Shown: one piece after another, positions 1 through 9,088 of the stretch
Numbering within the stretch: the stretch's first letter is position 1
How the letters are laid out: each line of letters opens with the position of its first letter
Assembly (NCBI GenBank): GCA_963786255.1
Contig: CAWAYY010000042.1
Location: 35,751 to 99,750 of the forward strand
Length of the DNA stretch: 64,000 nucleotides
Origin: Pirellulales bacterium
GTDB taxonomy: Bacteria; Planctomycetota; Planctomycetia; Pirellulales; JAICIG01
Direction of reading: 5' to 3'
Notes under the pieces: generated by a model
What the model was told of the DNA's origin: nothing
Seen by the model: the letters and a program-made list of their open reading frames with translations, nothing else
The model's database searches: none
Position numbers and translations under genes: made by a program

Positions 1-331
1 GCTGCACGAGCGTGACCAGTCGCCCGTCGCGAATGGCCAGGCCGGACATGCCCACGCCGCCGGCAACTCGCCAGACTTCCCGCGGCCCGGCTTGCGGCCA
101 CGCTTCCAGCAAGCCGGTCTCCGTCGAGACGCCGTTTCGCTGCAGACCAAGAAACTGCGACCACTCGCCCGCCGGCCTGGTTCGTCCGCCCGGTTCAGCG
201 CCGTCTGCAACGGCCACGAACGTTCCGGCGGCCAACCACGCGGCAACGCAGAACTGCAAGGAGAACGGAAAACTGCCCTTGCGGCAGATCGCTGTCAAAC
301 GGTTCCGGTTCCGTGGACTCATAGGGCTCAT
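1..331 (-). CDS. PQQ-like beta-propeller repeat protein, N-terminal part (gene continues past the left edge)
   Basis: Reverse-strand translation from ATG at 331 (alt 322): MSPMSPRNRNRLTAICRKGSFPFSLQFCVAAWLAAGTFVAVADG...EWSQFLGLQRNGVSTETGLLEAWPQAGPREVWRVAGGVGMSGLAIRDGRLV. It has a signal-like N-terminus followed by the W-x-x-F/W-x-G-x-x-R-x-G-V opening seen in the paralogue at 24880-26185. It is absent from the ORF track because it has no stop inside the window. Confidence 0.6.
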   Translation of the reverse strand, partial: MSPMSPRNRNRLTAICRKGSFPFSLQFCVAAWLAAGTFVAVADGAEPGGRTRPAGEWSQFLGLQRNGVSTETGLLEAWPQAGPREVWRVAGGVGMSGLAIRDGRLVTLVQ

Positions 332-788
332 CCTTTGGGCGAGAGTAGGCGAATCAGCGGGCTCGGCTCCACGCGACGCCGCGCGGAATATGAGAATCAT
401 GACCTGCTAAGCGCCGGCCTTCAAGCGCCGCACGACCGTCGCCTCCACCAACTCCGGATTCGGCGCCACGATAGAAAGGCGGGCGCCGAAAAGCGGCGCA
501 GAGACGCTCGGCGAGCCTGGGACGCTGGGCGAGTCTGGGCGCTCTTGCGCCAGACGCCCATGGCAGTTTGCAAGCCGTTGCCGGCGGCCGCGGAAAGCAA
601 TCGCTAATGAATGCCGACGGCTTCGCCGCGCCAATCAGCGCCGTAGCAACGACGCGTCGAATGACGCGCGTTCTTCCGGCGCACTCGCTTACGCGCCGGG
701 GCTCAATGGCCGAAAGCGGCCAGCGCCAACAAGTTCATCGCCGAAGATACGGTCGTCCGGCAACTGCCCGCTTCACGCCCCCAAGGGG

Positions 789-982
789 TCATTCATAGCC
801 GGCAGGCACATTGCACGACGCCGCTTCTTCCCTACCGAAACCATCGATCGACGTGTCGTGCATCAATTGAGCAGTCCTTGCCAACAGGTGTTCAATTTGC
901 TGATCCAGCAAATCAACCTGGTGCTCAGGGACTGCGAGAGCTTCAACAGCCGCTCCAACGTCGGTTCGTCGCCATAGCTCAT
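789..982 (-). CDS. small (about 64 aa) coiled-coil protein of unknown function, one apparent 1-nt frame disruption near 925
   Basis: GGAGG lies 7 nt upstream of ATG at 982. Reading gives MSYGDEPTLERLLKLSQSL, then the reading continues in the frame of ORF 789..1001 as EHQVDLLDQQIEHLLARTAQLMHDTSIDGFGREEAASCNVPAGYE*. No family recognised. Confidence 0.3.
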
Positions 983-1250
983 CACGCAACCTCCAGCGCA
1001 AAAAAACCCGTGGATCGGGTTACCATGCCTCTTGTTCGCCGCCGAGCTTGCCGCCAAATAGAAGGGGGCAGCTTACCGCGCCGGTCCAAATGCGTACAGA
1101 CGATTCCGGAGCAATAAAAACGCAGGCATCGACCTTTCTTTATCTGCCACTTCGCCGATGCCTGACCTGCCGCTTCGCCGCGGGATCGAAGCGGGCATTG
1201 ATTGGAAGGCTTCGCCCCGCCTGGCGTTATGAGCCAGGCAATGCTAGCAG

Positions 1251-1316
1251 AAAAAAAAAGCCGCCGCCGCTGAAGCTCGGGAACTTACTGAGTTCCCGAC
1301 CATCAACGGCAGCGGC
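1251..1316 (-). terminator. rho-independent terminator for the minus-strand gene ending at 1422
   Basis: On the minus strand, GCCGCTGCCG...(inner hairpin GGGAAC-TCAGTAA-GTTCCC)...CAGCGGCGGCGGC is followed by a run of 9 U (plus-strand A-run 1251-1259). Confidence 0.6.
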
Positions 1317-1421
1317 TGACGCTATTTCAAGCCGGATGAGACGAGCGCTTTTCCGCACCATTTCGGCGCAGCACTTTTTCGGCGCAGCAGGAAGCTTGCG
1401 CCGCGCTCGAACCGGCGATTT

Positions 1422-1637
1422 CTACTCGCGGGGACGCACAGCGCCGGTCAAGCCGCTGTAGTCGGCCCGATCTTCTGGATGCCACAACGGCACGCCCATT
1501 TGAATTCGGCGAGCCAGGGTATCCAGCTTTTCAGACGAACCGGCGGGCGCTTCCGTCGGCAAGAATTCGTCGGTTTCCACCGGTGCGAAATCTTCGTCGT
1601 GCCCAAACTCCAGAATCGCATCAAACACATTCCGCAT
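1422..1637 (-). CDS. small acidic hypothetical protein (71 aa)
   Basis: ORF 1422..1661, taking the ATG at 1637 preceded by GGAG. Product: MRNVFDAILEFGHDEDFAPVETDEFLPTEAPAGSSEKLDTLARRIQMGVPLWHPEDRADYSG. A terminator lies downstream. No family recognised. Confidence 0.5.
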   Translation of the reverse strand: MRNVFDAILEFGHDEDFAPVETDEFLPTEAPAGSSEKLDTLARRIQMGVPLWHPEDRADYSGLTGAVRPRE

Positions 1638-1968
1638 TGCTCTAACAGCTCCGTACCACAAACAACCAACATTGTTACCTTGGAGGTCAGGCCATCACGG
1701 CGCTGGAACCGGGGAGACGCTCAACGGGGTTTTACGCTAAGCGGTCTCTGCTCCGATAGAAAAAACCGACCAAGGAATTTCACAAGACGCCATAATCAAC
1801 GGAAACATCGTTGTTACGTCGTTCCGTCAGCAGGCGGGATGGCGTCAGTCAGGTAAAGCATCACATTCTTGTCACCGGCCGCTAAAAGTCAAGTTTTCTG
1901 ACTATTTTTTAAGCCTTGCCCAGGCCGGCTTTACATCAATACAACCGAATACGAAGCAGGAATTCACC

Positions 1969-2400
1969 ATGCCCTGGCTGCAACGCGTCATTCAAGTGCC
2001 CCCCCAGCGTCGAGGTTTTCACCTGATTTCGCGGACAATTCTCGAAGCCCTGCCCGAGTTACGACAGTTCAACATCGGCCTCTTAAATGTTTTCATCCAA
2101 CACACTTCCGCTTCGCTCTCGATCAACGAAAATGCCGATCCCGACGTTCCCGAAGACCTGGAGAGCGCATTCAACTGCATCGCTCCCGAAGACTTTCCTT
2201 TTCGTCATACTTGCGAGGGTCCTGACGATATGCCGGCACACGTGAAGGCTTCGCTATTAGGAAGCTCCGTGACCGTTCCGATCAGCTCCGGAAGGCTCTG
2301 TCTCGGGACATGGCAAGGCATTTATCTGTGCGAGCACCGCGATCGGGCCAGTGGGCGAAGGCTGGTGCTGACCCTACATGGCGAGACCCAAGAGCAATAA
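1969..2400 (+). CDS. YjbQ/UPF0047 family protein (secondary thiamine-phosphate synthase enzyme family)
   Basis: 143-aa ORF. RGFHLIS...LLNVFIQHTSASLSINENADPDV..DLE....IAPE...FRH..EGPDDMPAHVKASLLGSSVTVPI..GRL.LGTWQGIYL.EHR matches the family along its whole length. Confidence 0.85.
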   Translation: MPWLQRVIQVPPQRRGFHLISRTILEALPELRQFNIGLLNVFIQHTSASLSINENADPDVPEDLESAFNCIAPEDFPFRHTCEGPDDMPAHVKASLLGSSVTVPISSGRLCLGTWQGIYLCEHRDRASGRRLVLTLHGETQEQ

Positions 2401-2528
2401 ACACGAGCAAGAACCGCCACCCAACTCACCCAACAACCCCACAGCACCCCCATCAGGAAGGGGTCGAGCGGCGGTGTTATTCAGACTTCGGCCGTCCGGG
2501 CTGCGGAGCATTCGTCGGGCCGGCCTGA

Positions 2529-3632
2529 TCAGGCTGCGCGGCGACCGACCAATTGGGCGAGATCGCCGGCCCAGCATTCAATCCAGGTCGCCTGGTTGGC
2601 GTTGCGGTCGATGTGGCTCAAGGCATCGAGCGATCGCTCTGCGCAAGCCAGCGCGAGTTCCTCGTTAAAGCTTTTCCCGGCCAACGTCCGCGCGATGCTG
2701 TCGCGCAGCTCCTCGTCTTCGGCCAGGGCGACGCCCGACAGGGCGCGGCACAACTGGCGGTAGAACTCGACGGCAAAGCTTACGGCCAGGCGGCCGCGGG
2801 CGCGGCGAGGCGCGGCGTCTTTGCCGCCTTCTTCCACAAATCCGCCGACCAGTTTGCCGAGCGCCACGCCTTCCAGCCGCGGTTCCGCTAGCCGTTGGAA
2901 CAGTTGCCGGCGAAAACTCCAGATGGCCGGATCGACCAACTCGGCCGCGCGAGCCAGACTCCCCTCGCCGAAGGCGGCCAGCCGCCGCGCCTCGTCGGCT
3001 TCGGCGACGAGGCCCTGGCTCAACAACAAATGCTCCAGCAGCACGGGCTCCAGCGGCCGGAAACGGATGATCTGAGATCGCGAGCGAATGGTGGGCAACT
3101 GCCGGTCGACGCTCGTGCCGATCAGAATCAGCACCGATTTCGGCGGCGGTTCTTCCAAGGTCTTGAGCAGGCAGTTCGCCCCTTCCTCGTTCAACTGGTC
3201 GGCGTCGTCGATGATCGCAATCCGTCGCCCGCCCATGAAAGGCTTCAAGGAGATGTCATGGCATAAGCCTTCGTGCATCCGCCGCTCCCCGCTGCCGATG
3301 AGCAGTTCCACGGGAATCGTGCTGCGATCACGCGGCTTGCCGATCTGCAGCAGATCCGGATGCGTGCCTGCCGTCGCCTGCGAGCAACTGGCGCAGCCTC
3401 CGCAGGGCTCGAGTGCCGCCGCCGGACGCGTCTGACATAGCAGGGCCTGGGCCAGCTTGACGGCGAAGCTGCGCTTTCCAATTCCCTCGGGACCAACAAA
3501 CAAGAACGTGCTTGCCAGCCGGCCTCGATCCAGCGCGCGACGGAATTGCGCGGCGACTTCGTCGTGTCCTTCCAATCCTTGCCAACTCATGGGCGGCGAC
3601 TCAGCGGCGAAAGGTTCCTCAACCCGGGTCAT
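2529..3632 (-). CDS. holB: DNA polymerase III subunit delta-prime
   Basis: 367-aa ORF with LFVGPEGIGKRSFAVKLAQALLCQ (P-loop-like), the zinc module CGGCASCSQATAGTHPDL and IAIIDDADQLNEEGANCLLKTLEEPP. It sits immediately downstream of tmk. Alternative start at 3590 (MSWQGLEGHD). Confidence 0.85.
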   Translation of the reverse strand: MTRVEEPFAAESPPMSWQGLEGHDEVAAQFRRALDRGRLASTFLFVGPEGIGKRSFAVKLAQALLCQTRPAAALEPCGGCASCSQATAGTHPDLLQIGKPRDRSTIPVELLIGSGERRMHEGLCHDISLKPFMGGRRIAIIDDADQLNEEGANCLLKTLEEPPPKSVLILIGTSVDRQLPTIRSRSQIIRFRPLEPVLLEHLLLSQGLVAEADEARRLAAFGEGSLARAAELVDPAIWSFRRQLFQRLAEPRLEGVALGKLVGGFVEEGGKDAAPRRARGRLAVSFAVEFYRQLCRALSGVALAEDEELRDSIARTLAGKSFNEELALACAERSLDALSHIDRNANQATWIECWAGDLAQLVGRRAA

Positions 3633-3782
3633 TCATCAGCCCATACGAACCCAGAGCGCCGGCGAGGCAGAGCAACGCATTTACCTCGCTGACGCCTCGG
3701 GTTCGTGTCGAGCGCTTTGTCAAATCATCTCGTGGACTGATGAATGATCCGGAGTAGAGCAAATGCAAAAACAGGATCCCGT

Positions 3783-4409
3783 TCAACGGTACGCCAGTAT
3801 CCGGCCCGCCAGGCTGCGCAGCTCAGCCTGCACGGCGTCGATCGAGCGGGCGGCATCGACCACAACGATCCGATCCGGGCTGCGGGCGGCCTCGGCAAGG
3901 TAGCCCGCTCGGAGCGCTGCGCGAAATGCGTCGCCCTGCCGTTCCATCCGGTCGAGCGGGCGGTCCAGCCGGCTGGCCGCTACGTCTTCAGGAGCCTCCA
4001 GCACAAAGGTCAACGTCGGCTCGACGCCCGCCGTCGCAATGGCGCCGACTTGGCGGATGGCCTCGAGATCGAGACCGCCGGCATAACCCTGGTAGACGAC
4101 GTTCGCCAGCAGGAACCGGTCGGAAACGACCGTCTTGCCGGCCTTCAGCGCCGGCGCGATGACTTCCTCGACCAACTGGGCGCGGGCAGCCATATAGAGC
4201 AGCATTTCGCTGCGGCGGGCGATCGGCAAATTGCCGCCGGAAGGACTCTCGCCTTCGAGCAGAATGTGGCGGATGGCGTCGCCCAACCGCGTGCTGCCCG
4301 GATCACGACATGCGACGACGTCGTAGCCGGAGCTGCGCAACCAGTCGCAAAACAAGCTCAATTGCGTCGTTTTTCCGCCGCCATCGGCGCCATCCAGGGA
4401 GAAGAACAT
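3783..4409 (-). CDS. tmk: dTMP (thymidylate) kinase
   Basis: MFFSLDGADGGGKTTQ...CRDPGSTRLGDAIRHILL. The ATG at 4409 lies 2 nt after the nagA stop. The longer ORF-track start (4574) would overlap nagA and looks spurious. Confidence 0.85.
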   Translation of the reverse strand: MFFSLDGADGGGKTTQLSLFCDWLRSSGYDVVACRDPGSTRLGDAIRHILLEGESPSGGNLPIARRSEMLLYMAARAQLVEEVIAPALKAGKTVVSDRFLLANVVYQGYAGGLDLEAIRQVGAIATAGVEPTLTFVLEAPEDVAASRLDRPLDRMERQGDAFRAALRAGYLAEAARSPDRIVVVDAARSIDAVQAELRSLAGRILAYR

Positions 4410-4411
4410 AT

Positions 4412-5619
4412 TTAACCGTCGAACCTCCAGCCTCCAATATACACTTGCTCGACCTCGAGTTCCGGGCTGAGCACCAGCAGATCGGCTCGCTTGCCCGGCG
4501 CCAGGCTGCCGAGATCTTGATCGCAGCCTGCGATGCGAGCCGGAGTCAGCGACGCCATTCGTACGGCTTCCCAAAGCGGCCGTCCGGTGAGCGCGACGAA
4601 GGTCCGCACCATGTGATCCATGCCGCGCATGCTGGAAGCCAGCGCCAGACCGTCGGGCATTTTACCGACGCCGTCGTGATGAATGAACGGCTCTCCGCCC
4701 TCCAGCGGCCCGAAGACGTAAGGCCCTTCCGGCATGTCCAACGCGCGGTTGCAGTCCGTCACCAGCGCCAGCCGGTCAGGCCCCTTGAGCTTGAGCGCCA
4801 ATAGCAGCAAGTCGGGCGACAGGTGTTTGCCGTCGGCGATGACTTCGGTCGTCAGTTCGTCGAAATAAAGCGTCGCCTCCAGCACGCCCCCTTGCATCGG
4901 ATACGGCTGACGCTGCCGCAACTTCGACTTGTCGGACATGGCGCAATATAAGTGGTCGACGTGCCGCACGCCCCATTTCACCGCTTCGGCCATCTCTGCG
5001 AACGTGGCGTGCGTATGTCCGGCCCCGACGCGGACGCCGCGCTCGACGCACGCACGTGCGAACGCCTCGGCGCCGGGCAGTTCAGGCGCAATCGAGGCCG
5101 TGCAGATGGCGTCGGCATACTCCAGGTACTGCTCGTATTCGGCCGCTTCCGGCGGTCGGACGGGCTCCGCCGGGTGACAGCCGCGGGCCTCTTTGCGGAA
5201 ATAGGGCCCGTAGAAATGCGCGCCGAGCACCCGCGCTCGCGGGCCGTCGGCCCGTGCGGCGAACTGCCGGCAAAGCCGCAGCATGGTCAGGATCTGATCG
5301 TGCCTCGCGGCGGTGCTGGTCGGCAACAGGCTCGTCGTGCCGTGGCGCCGTGGGCCGTCAGCACGGCGCCGAAGGCGGCTTCGTTGCCATCCATGAAATC
5401 GGCGCCGGCGCCGCCATGGACGTGCAAATCCACGAAGCCGGGCGCCAGCAAGCGATTCGCGGCGTCAACTCGCGGAACCTGAGGAGAAACTTGGGGCAGT
5501 ACCTCGCCCGCGGCTCCTACGGCCGCGATGCGTCCATCGCGAACATGAATGGCGCCTTGCGGCAACTGGCGATCGGAAAGAATCAGATCGCCCACGAGAA
5601 CGAAGTCGGCGTGCGGCAT
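4412..5619 (-). pseudogene. nagA: N-acetylglucosamine-6-phosphate deacetylase, frame-disrupted as sequenced (1 lesion near 5347)
   Basis: The N-terminal piece (ORF 5287..5700, ATG 5619) reads MPHADFVLVGD...APGFVDLHVHGGAGADFMDG..AAFGAVLTAH. The family motif RHGTTSLLPTSTAA...GAHFYGPYF...GAGHTHAT...DHLYCAMS continues in ORF 4412..5326. Confidence 0.8.
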
Positions 5620-5671
5620 GCGCTGAATGGTATCGCTTGCCGCCAACTCCGACAACCGGCCGGGAGCAACG

Positions 5672-8200
5672 CTAACGCCGGGCGCCGCGCCACTCGCCAT
5701 CCATTATGGGACCCCGCATTTCGCTCCGCCCGCCGCTCGAACGGCGAAAGTTGACGGCGGGCGCCGCCTGCTCGCTGACCCGCAAAACCTCGGAACCGCG
5801 AGTCCGGTCCGCGGGCGTCAAGTTCGGATAGCTCAAGCCCGAATTGCTTCGTTTCGGCTTCTCCGCAGGCACGGAGCTCAGCGCCGGTCCGAAAGCTTGC
5901 TCGTCGGGTTGCGAGGCCGGCGGAGCGAATACGGGCCCGGTTGACTCCCGCGGCTGAGGTTCGAGTGCCGGCGGCGCCTGCGGCGTTTCGCCGGGCAGGC
6001 CTTCACTCGGCGCGTCCAGATCGAAGAGCGGGGCGCCGCTGGGTTCCGCTTCAGGTTCCGATGCGTTCGGACCTTCGCCGAAGCGGTCATTCGAAAGTTC
6101 CTCCGCAGACAGCTCGCTCTTCTCGAAGGGCTCGCCCGGCTGGTTCAAGGTCTGCGGCCAGACGCCGCGGCTGAAGACTTGCGGGCGAGTGAATCCGTAA
6201 TCGATGAACGTCGCGGCGTCGCGCTCGCGAGCCCGCTTGCGAGCGTCGAAGTAGGCCTTGGCCGGCCAGGGGCCTTCCGCCAGGTACACGCCGTTGTACT
6301 CCAGCAAAGAGTTCTTGCGGAAATGGACCTGCAGGATGGCGACGTTGTAGTCGACCAACGCGCGGTAGTAGGCGATTTCTGCATCGGCCAGCCGGCGCTG
6401 AGCGTCCAGCAGCATGTCCAGCGTAACGGTGCCGGCGTCGTAGCCGGCCTTGACGGCTTCCACCTGCTTGGCCGCCGCCACGCGCCGGTTGAACGTCGTC
6501 TGGCTTACCTGGTAGTTGCGGTCCAAGTCGCGGATGGAGTTGGTCAGCACGTGGACCAGTTCCAGTTCCTGGTCTTGCAGCAAGGCCCGCGACTGGGCCA
6601 ACACCAGTTCGGCGTTGCGGACGCCGGCCATCGCCAGACGGAAGCCGATCGGTATGGTCAGATTCAAACCGAGTTGCCATTCCTGGTATTGGCCGCCCCA
6701 GAGGGTATCCCAGGCGCCCGAGCCGTTGTTGGCGCCGGTGCCCACGGCGTTGGCGTTGAAGGCCTGGCCTTGGTAATTCACCAACTGGTCGCCGAAACCG
6801 CGCCAGCGATACAAGGCCTGCATGTCCAAGCGAGGCAGGAGGTAGTTGCGAGACGCTTGCAGCTTCAGCTCGTTCTGCCGGACGATCCACTTCTGGCGGC
6901 GGATCTCCACGCTGCGGGTCAAACCCTCGGGCAGAATCTCGTGCCAGGCGAATTGCACTTCGGCGGTCGTCGGTTCGTCGGCCGGACGGATCAAACGGCC
7001 GTCCGTCGGCGCCAGGCCCATCATGTATCGCAGCCGGCTCTCGGCCGTATAGAGCAAGCCGAGCGAGTTCTCCACCTGGGCGCGGAACAAGAAGTATTGT
7101 TCGCGAGCCTGGGCTTCCTTCTCGGCCTCGCCCCCTTTGCTGCCGGCAACGTACAAGGCGTACACCTTACGCCAGGTCTGCAGGGCGCTGTCTCGCCCCG
7201 CCTGCACCGCCGCCAGGTTGCGGTAGTTGTAGTACAAGTCCCAATAGGCACGTTCCACGTCGCTGACCATGTTTCGCACGCCCGCCTCGAAGTCCGCCAA
7301 CGTGATGTCGACGTTGATGCGGGCCAGCACCACGCCGTTGTAATTGCCCGGAATCGTGTTGGGATTCAAAAACGAGGTGTTCGTCGCCTGGCCGGCGATC
7401 AAGCCGTTGGAACTGTTGGGACCGGCGATGCGGTTGAATTCCACGCCGGCGCCTTGCAACAACGGATGCCGGAACTCCGCTTCCAGGTCGGTATTGAAAG
7501 AGCTGGGAAACTGGTTCGAACGGTTGTTGTTCTGATCGTAAATCTGATGATTTCGAACGAACACGCGACTACCGTCCGCGGTGACCTTGCCGATTTCCGC
7601 CTGAAACTGGGCGAAGTCCTGGATGAACACGGGCGGCGTGAACCCATTGAAAAACAAGTTCTGCGGCCGGTCGTTCTTTTGCCAGAACATCTGCGAGTTG
7701 AACTGCGCATCGAACTGGCTCAAGGCCGCTTCGACGCCGTTGGACGTATTCGATTCTTGAATGGCCGGGTTATAGATCGTTTGGGCCGTCTGCGGCTGCC
7801 CCAACGCCTGGCCGCTAAGGTTTTGCCCTTGCGTTTGCAGCAACTGGCCCGTCGGAGCGATCGTCTGGTTAGACGCCGGCAAACCCGGCGTGAACAGCAA
7901 CCCGCCCAGGTTTCTCAGCACCTTGCTGTTGGCAAGCGCCGTGCGCATCGCTTCTTCCAACGGCAGATCCCAGATCTCGCGGGCTTCCGGATTGCTCAAG
8001 GTCAAGGGCGCCTTGGCGTTGAGCACGTCGTCGAGCTTGACGGTCTCAATGTCCGGGTATTCGATTTCGGTGGCCATGCCCTTGTAATGGGACATGTCCC
8101 CGTCATCGAACAGGTAGATCGGTTTGCTCGGAGTGCATCCGGTAATGGCCGTCATGCTTGCCAGCAAGAAGGCCACGATGGTTCGGAGTCGCCGGCTCAT
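5672..8200 (-). CDS. TolC-family outer-membrane efflux protein (lipoprotein-type signal, long Pro/Glu-rich C-terminal tail)
   Basis: The ATG at 8200 gives MSRRLRTIVAFLLASMTAITGC (lipobox-like). Two OEP-like halves are present (LPLEEAMRTALANSKVL...; SVEIRRQKWIVRQNELKLQASRNYLLPRLD...). The last 150 aa or so are low-complexity P/E/A. Confidence 0.7.
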   Translation of the reverse strand: MSRRLRTIVAFLLASMTAITGCTPSKPIYLFDDGDMSHYKGMATEIEYPDIETVKLDDVLNAKAPLTLSNPEAREIWDLPLEEAMRTALANSKVLRNLGGLLFTPGLPASNQTIAPTGQLLQTQGQNLSGQALGQPQTAQTIYNPAIQESNTSNGVEAALSQFDAQFNSQMFWQKNDRPQNLFFNGFTPPVFIQDFAQFQAEIGKVTADGSRVFVRNHQIYDQNNNRSNQFPSSFNTDLEAEFRHPLLQGAGVEFNRIAGPNSSNGLIAGQATNTSFLNPNTIPGNYNGVVLARINVDITLADFEAGVRNMVSDVERAYWDLYYNYRNLAAVQAGRDSALQTWRKVYALYVAGSKGGEAEKEAQAREQYFLFRAQVENSLGLLYTAESRLRYMMGLAPTDGRLIRPADEPTTAEVQFAWHEILPEGLTRSVEIRRQKWIVRQNELKLQASRNYLLPRLDMQALYRWRGFGDQLVNYQGQAFNANAVGTGANNGSGAWDTLWGGQYQEWQLGLNLTIPIGFRLAMAGVRNAELVLAQSRALLQDQELELVHVLTNSIRDLDRNYQVSQTTFNRRVAAAKQVEAVKAGYDAGTVTLDMLLDAQRRLADAEIAYYRALVDYNVAILQVHFRKNSLLEYNGVYLAEGPWPAKAYFDARKRARERDAATFIDYGFTRPQVFSRGVWPQTLNQPGEPFEKSELSAEELSNDRFGEGPNASEPEAEPSGAPLFDLDAPSEGLPGETPQAPPALEPQPRESTGPVFAPPASQPDEQAFGPALSSVPAEKPKRSNSGLSYPNLTPADRTRGSEVLRVSEQAAPAVNFRRSSGGRSEMRGPIMDGEWRGARR

Positions 8201-8584
8201 TTTGATGAACACTTCCTGATCCGGGGGGAGAAACTTCCGGGCGACAGCCATCGCGCAGCCCAGACGGAACAATCCGCAAGGCTTGTATCGACAGCACGAC
8301 CGGCAAACTTGCAGGAATCCTTACGATCGGCAAAGGCAACCAATTTGCCCCATCTTGCAAGGATGCCGCATCCCCCTCGTATTCACGGCTTCGGCTCTCG
8401 CCAAAGCGCCTGGTTTGGACGGTCTTCCAAACGAACGAGCGCAAGAGCGTAGAATAAGAGTTCCAGCCATGCTGCGCAAGGAGCGGAAGCGCGTGAGGAT
8501 TCCGGCAAGCTGCATCGGCGTTCCGAAGCCGCGTGGGCGCGCTGAGGAAAGCGTCGGAACCGCCTGGAACTCTCCCAGCAAGGG

Positions 8585-9061
8585 CTAGAGGTACATTCCG
8601 ACGTAGCCCCCTTGTTGGTCGCTTTCCGCCTGAATGCGCTCGATGCGCTCGACCGTTTGGGCGAGATCGCCGGCGGCGATATAGCGGTCGAACTCGACGG
8701 CCACGCTCCTTTGGACCGTCTCCTTGAACCACTGGACGATCGGCTCGGTCAGCCAGTCGCACGTTTCTCTCGACAGTTCCGCCTCTAAATTGCAACGGAC
8801 CGTCTTCTGATCCGCGGCGTCCGTCAGCGCGACCCCTTCGAAGCGGAACTCGAGCAAGCCGATGTCCTGATGATTGGTTAAGCGGTAGCTGCAGACGGCG
8901 TTATAGAGAAAGTAGGTGTTGTGCGAGCCATAGTCTTCAAGGGCGCGTTTGATCCGTTCACAGCGCTCACGGTACTTGGGCGACGCATCCATCGGAATAT
9001 CGAGCCGGCCGACCGAACGGAGCGGCAGACAGTCAAACGAAATTTCGACGTAGCGATTCAT
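8585..9061 (-). CDS. hypothetical protein (158 aa), cytoplasmic-looking
   Basis: Clean ORF starting 28 nt downstream of the preceding gene on the same strand: MNRYVEISFDCLPLRSVGRLDIPMDASPKYRERCERIKRALEDYGSHNTYFLYNAV... No family recognised. Confidence 0.6.
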   Translation of the reverse strand: MNRYVEISFDCLPLRSVGRLDIPMDASPKYRERCERIKRALEDYGSHNTYFLYNAVCSYRLTNHQDIGLLEFRFEGVALTDAADQKTVRCNLEAELSRETCDWLTEPIVQWFKETVQRSVAVEFDRYIAAGDLAQTVERIERIQAESDQQGGYVGMYL

Positions 9062-9088
9062 GGCCTGTCATCTCCCATGCGGCAGCCG

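Noticed and set aside
1100-1420. Structured, repeat-containing non-coding stretch considered as tmRNA, SRP RNA or RNase P RNA
   Set aside because: No tRNA-like end, no tag-peptide reading frame with an Ala-Ala stop context, and no GGAAAGTCC or SRP domain IV motifs. The main structure is explained as a rho-independent terminator (hairpin plus U9) for the minus-strand gene ending at 1422.
6179-8452. 757-aa plus-strand ORF. Similar long ORFs occur at 43548..45620, 41272..42669, 38826..40154, 22920..24284, 16978..18150, 60626..62080 and 9653..10921.
   Set aside because: Each lies antisense to a gene with clear family motifs. Their translations are Arg/Ala/Gly/Pro-rich with no recognisable motifs. 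Long stop-free antisense frames are expected in high-GC DNA.
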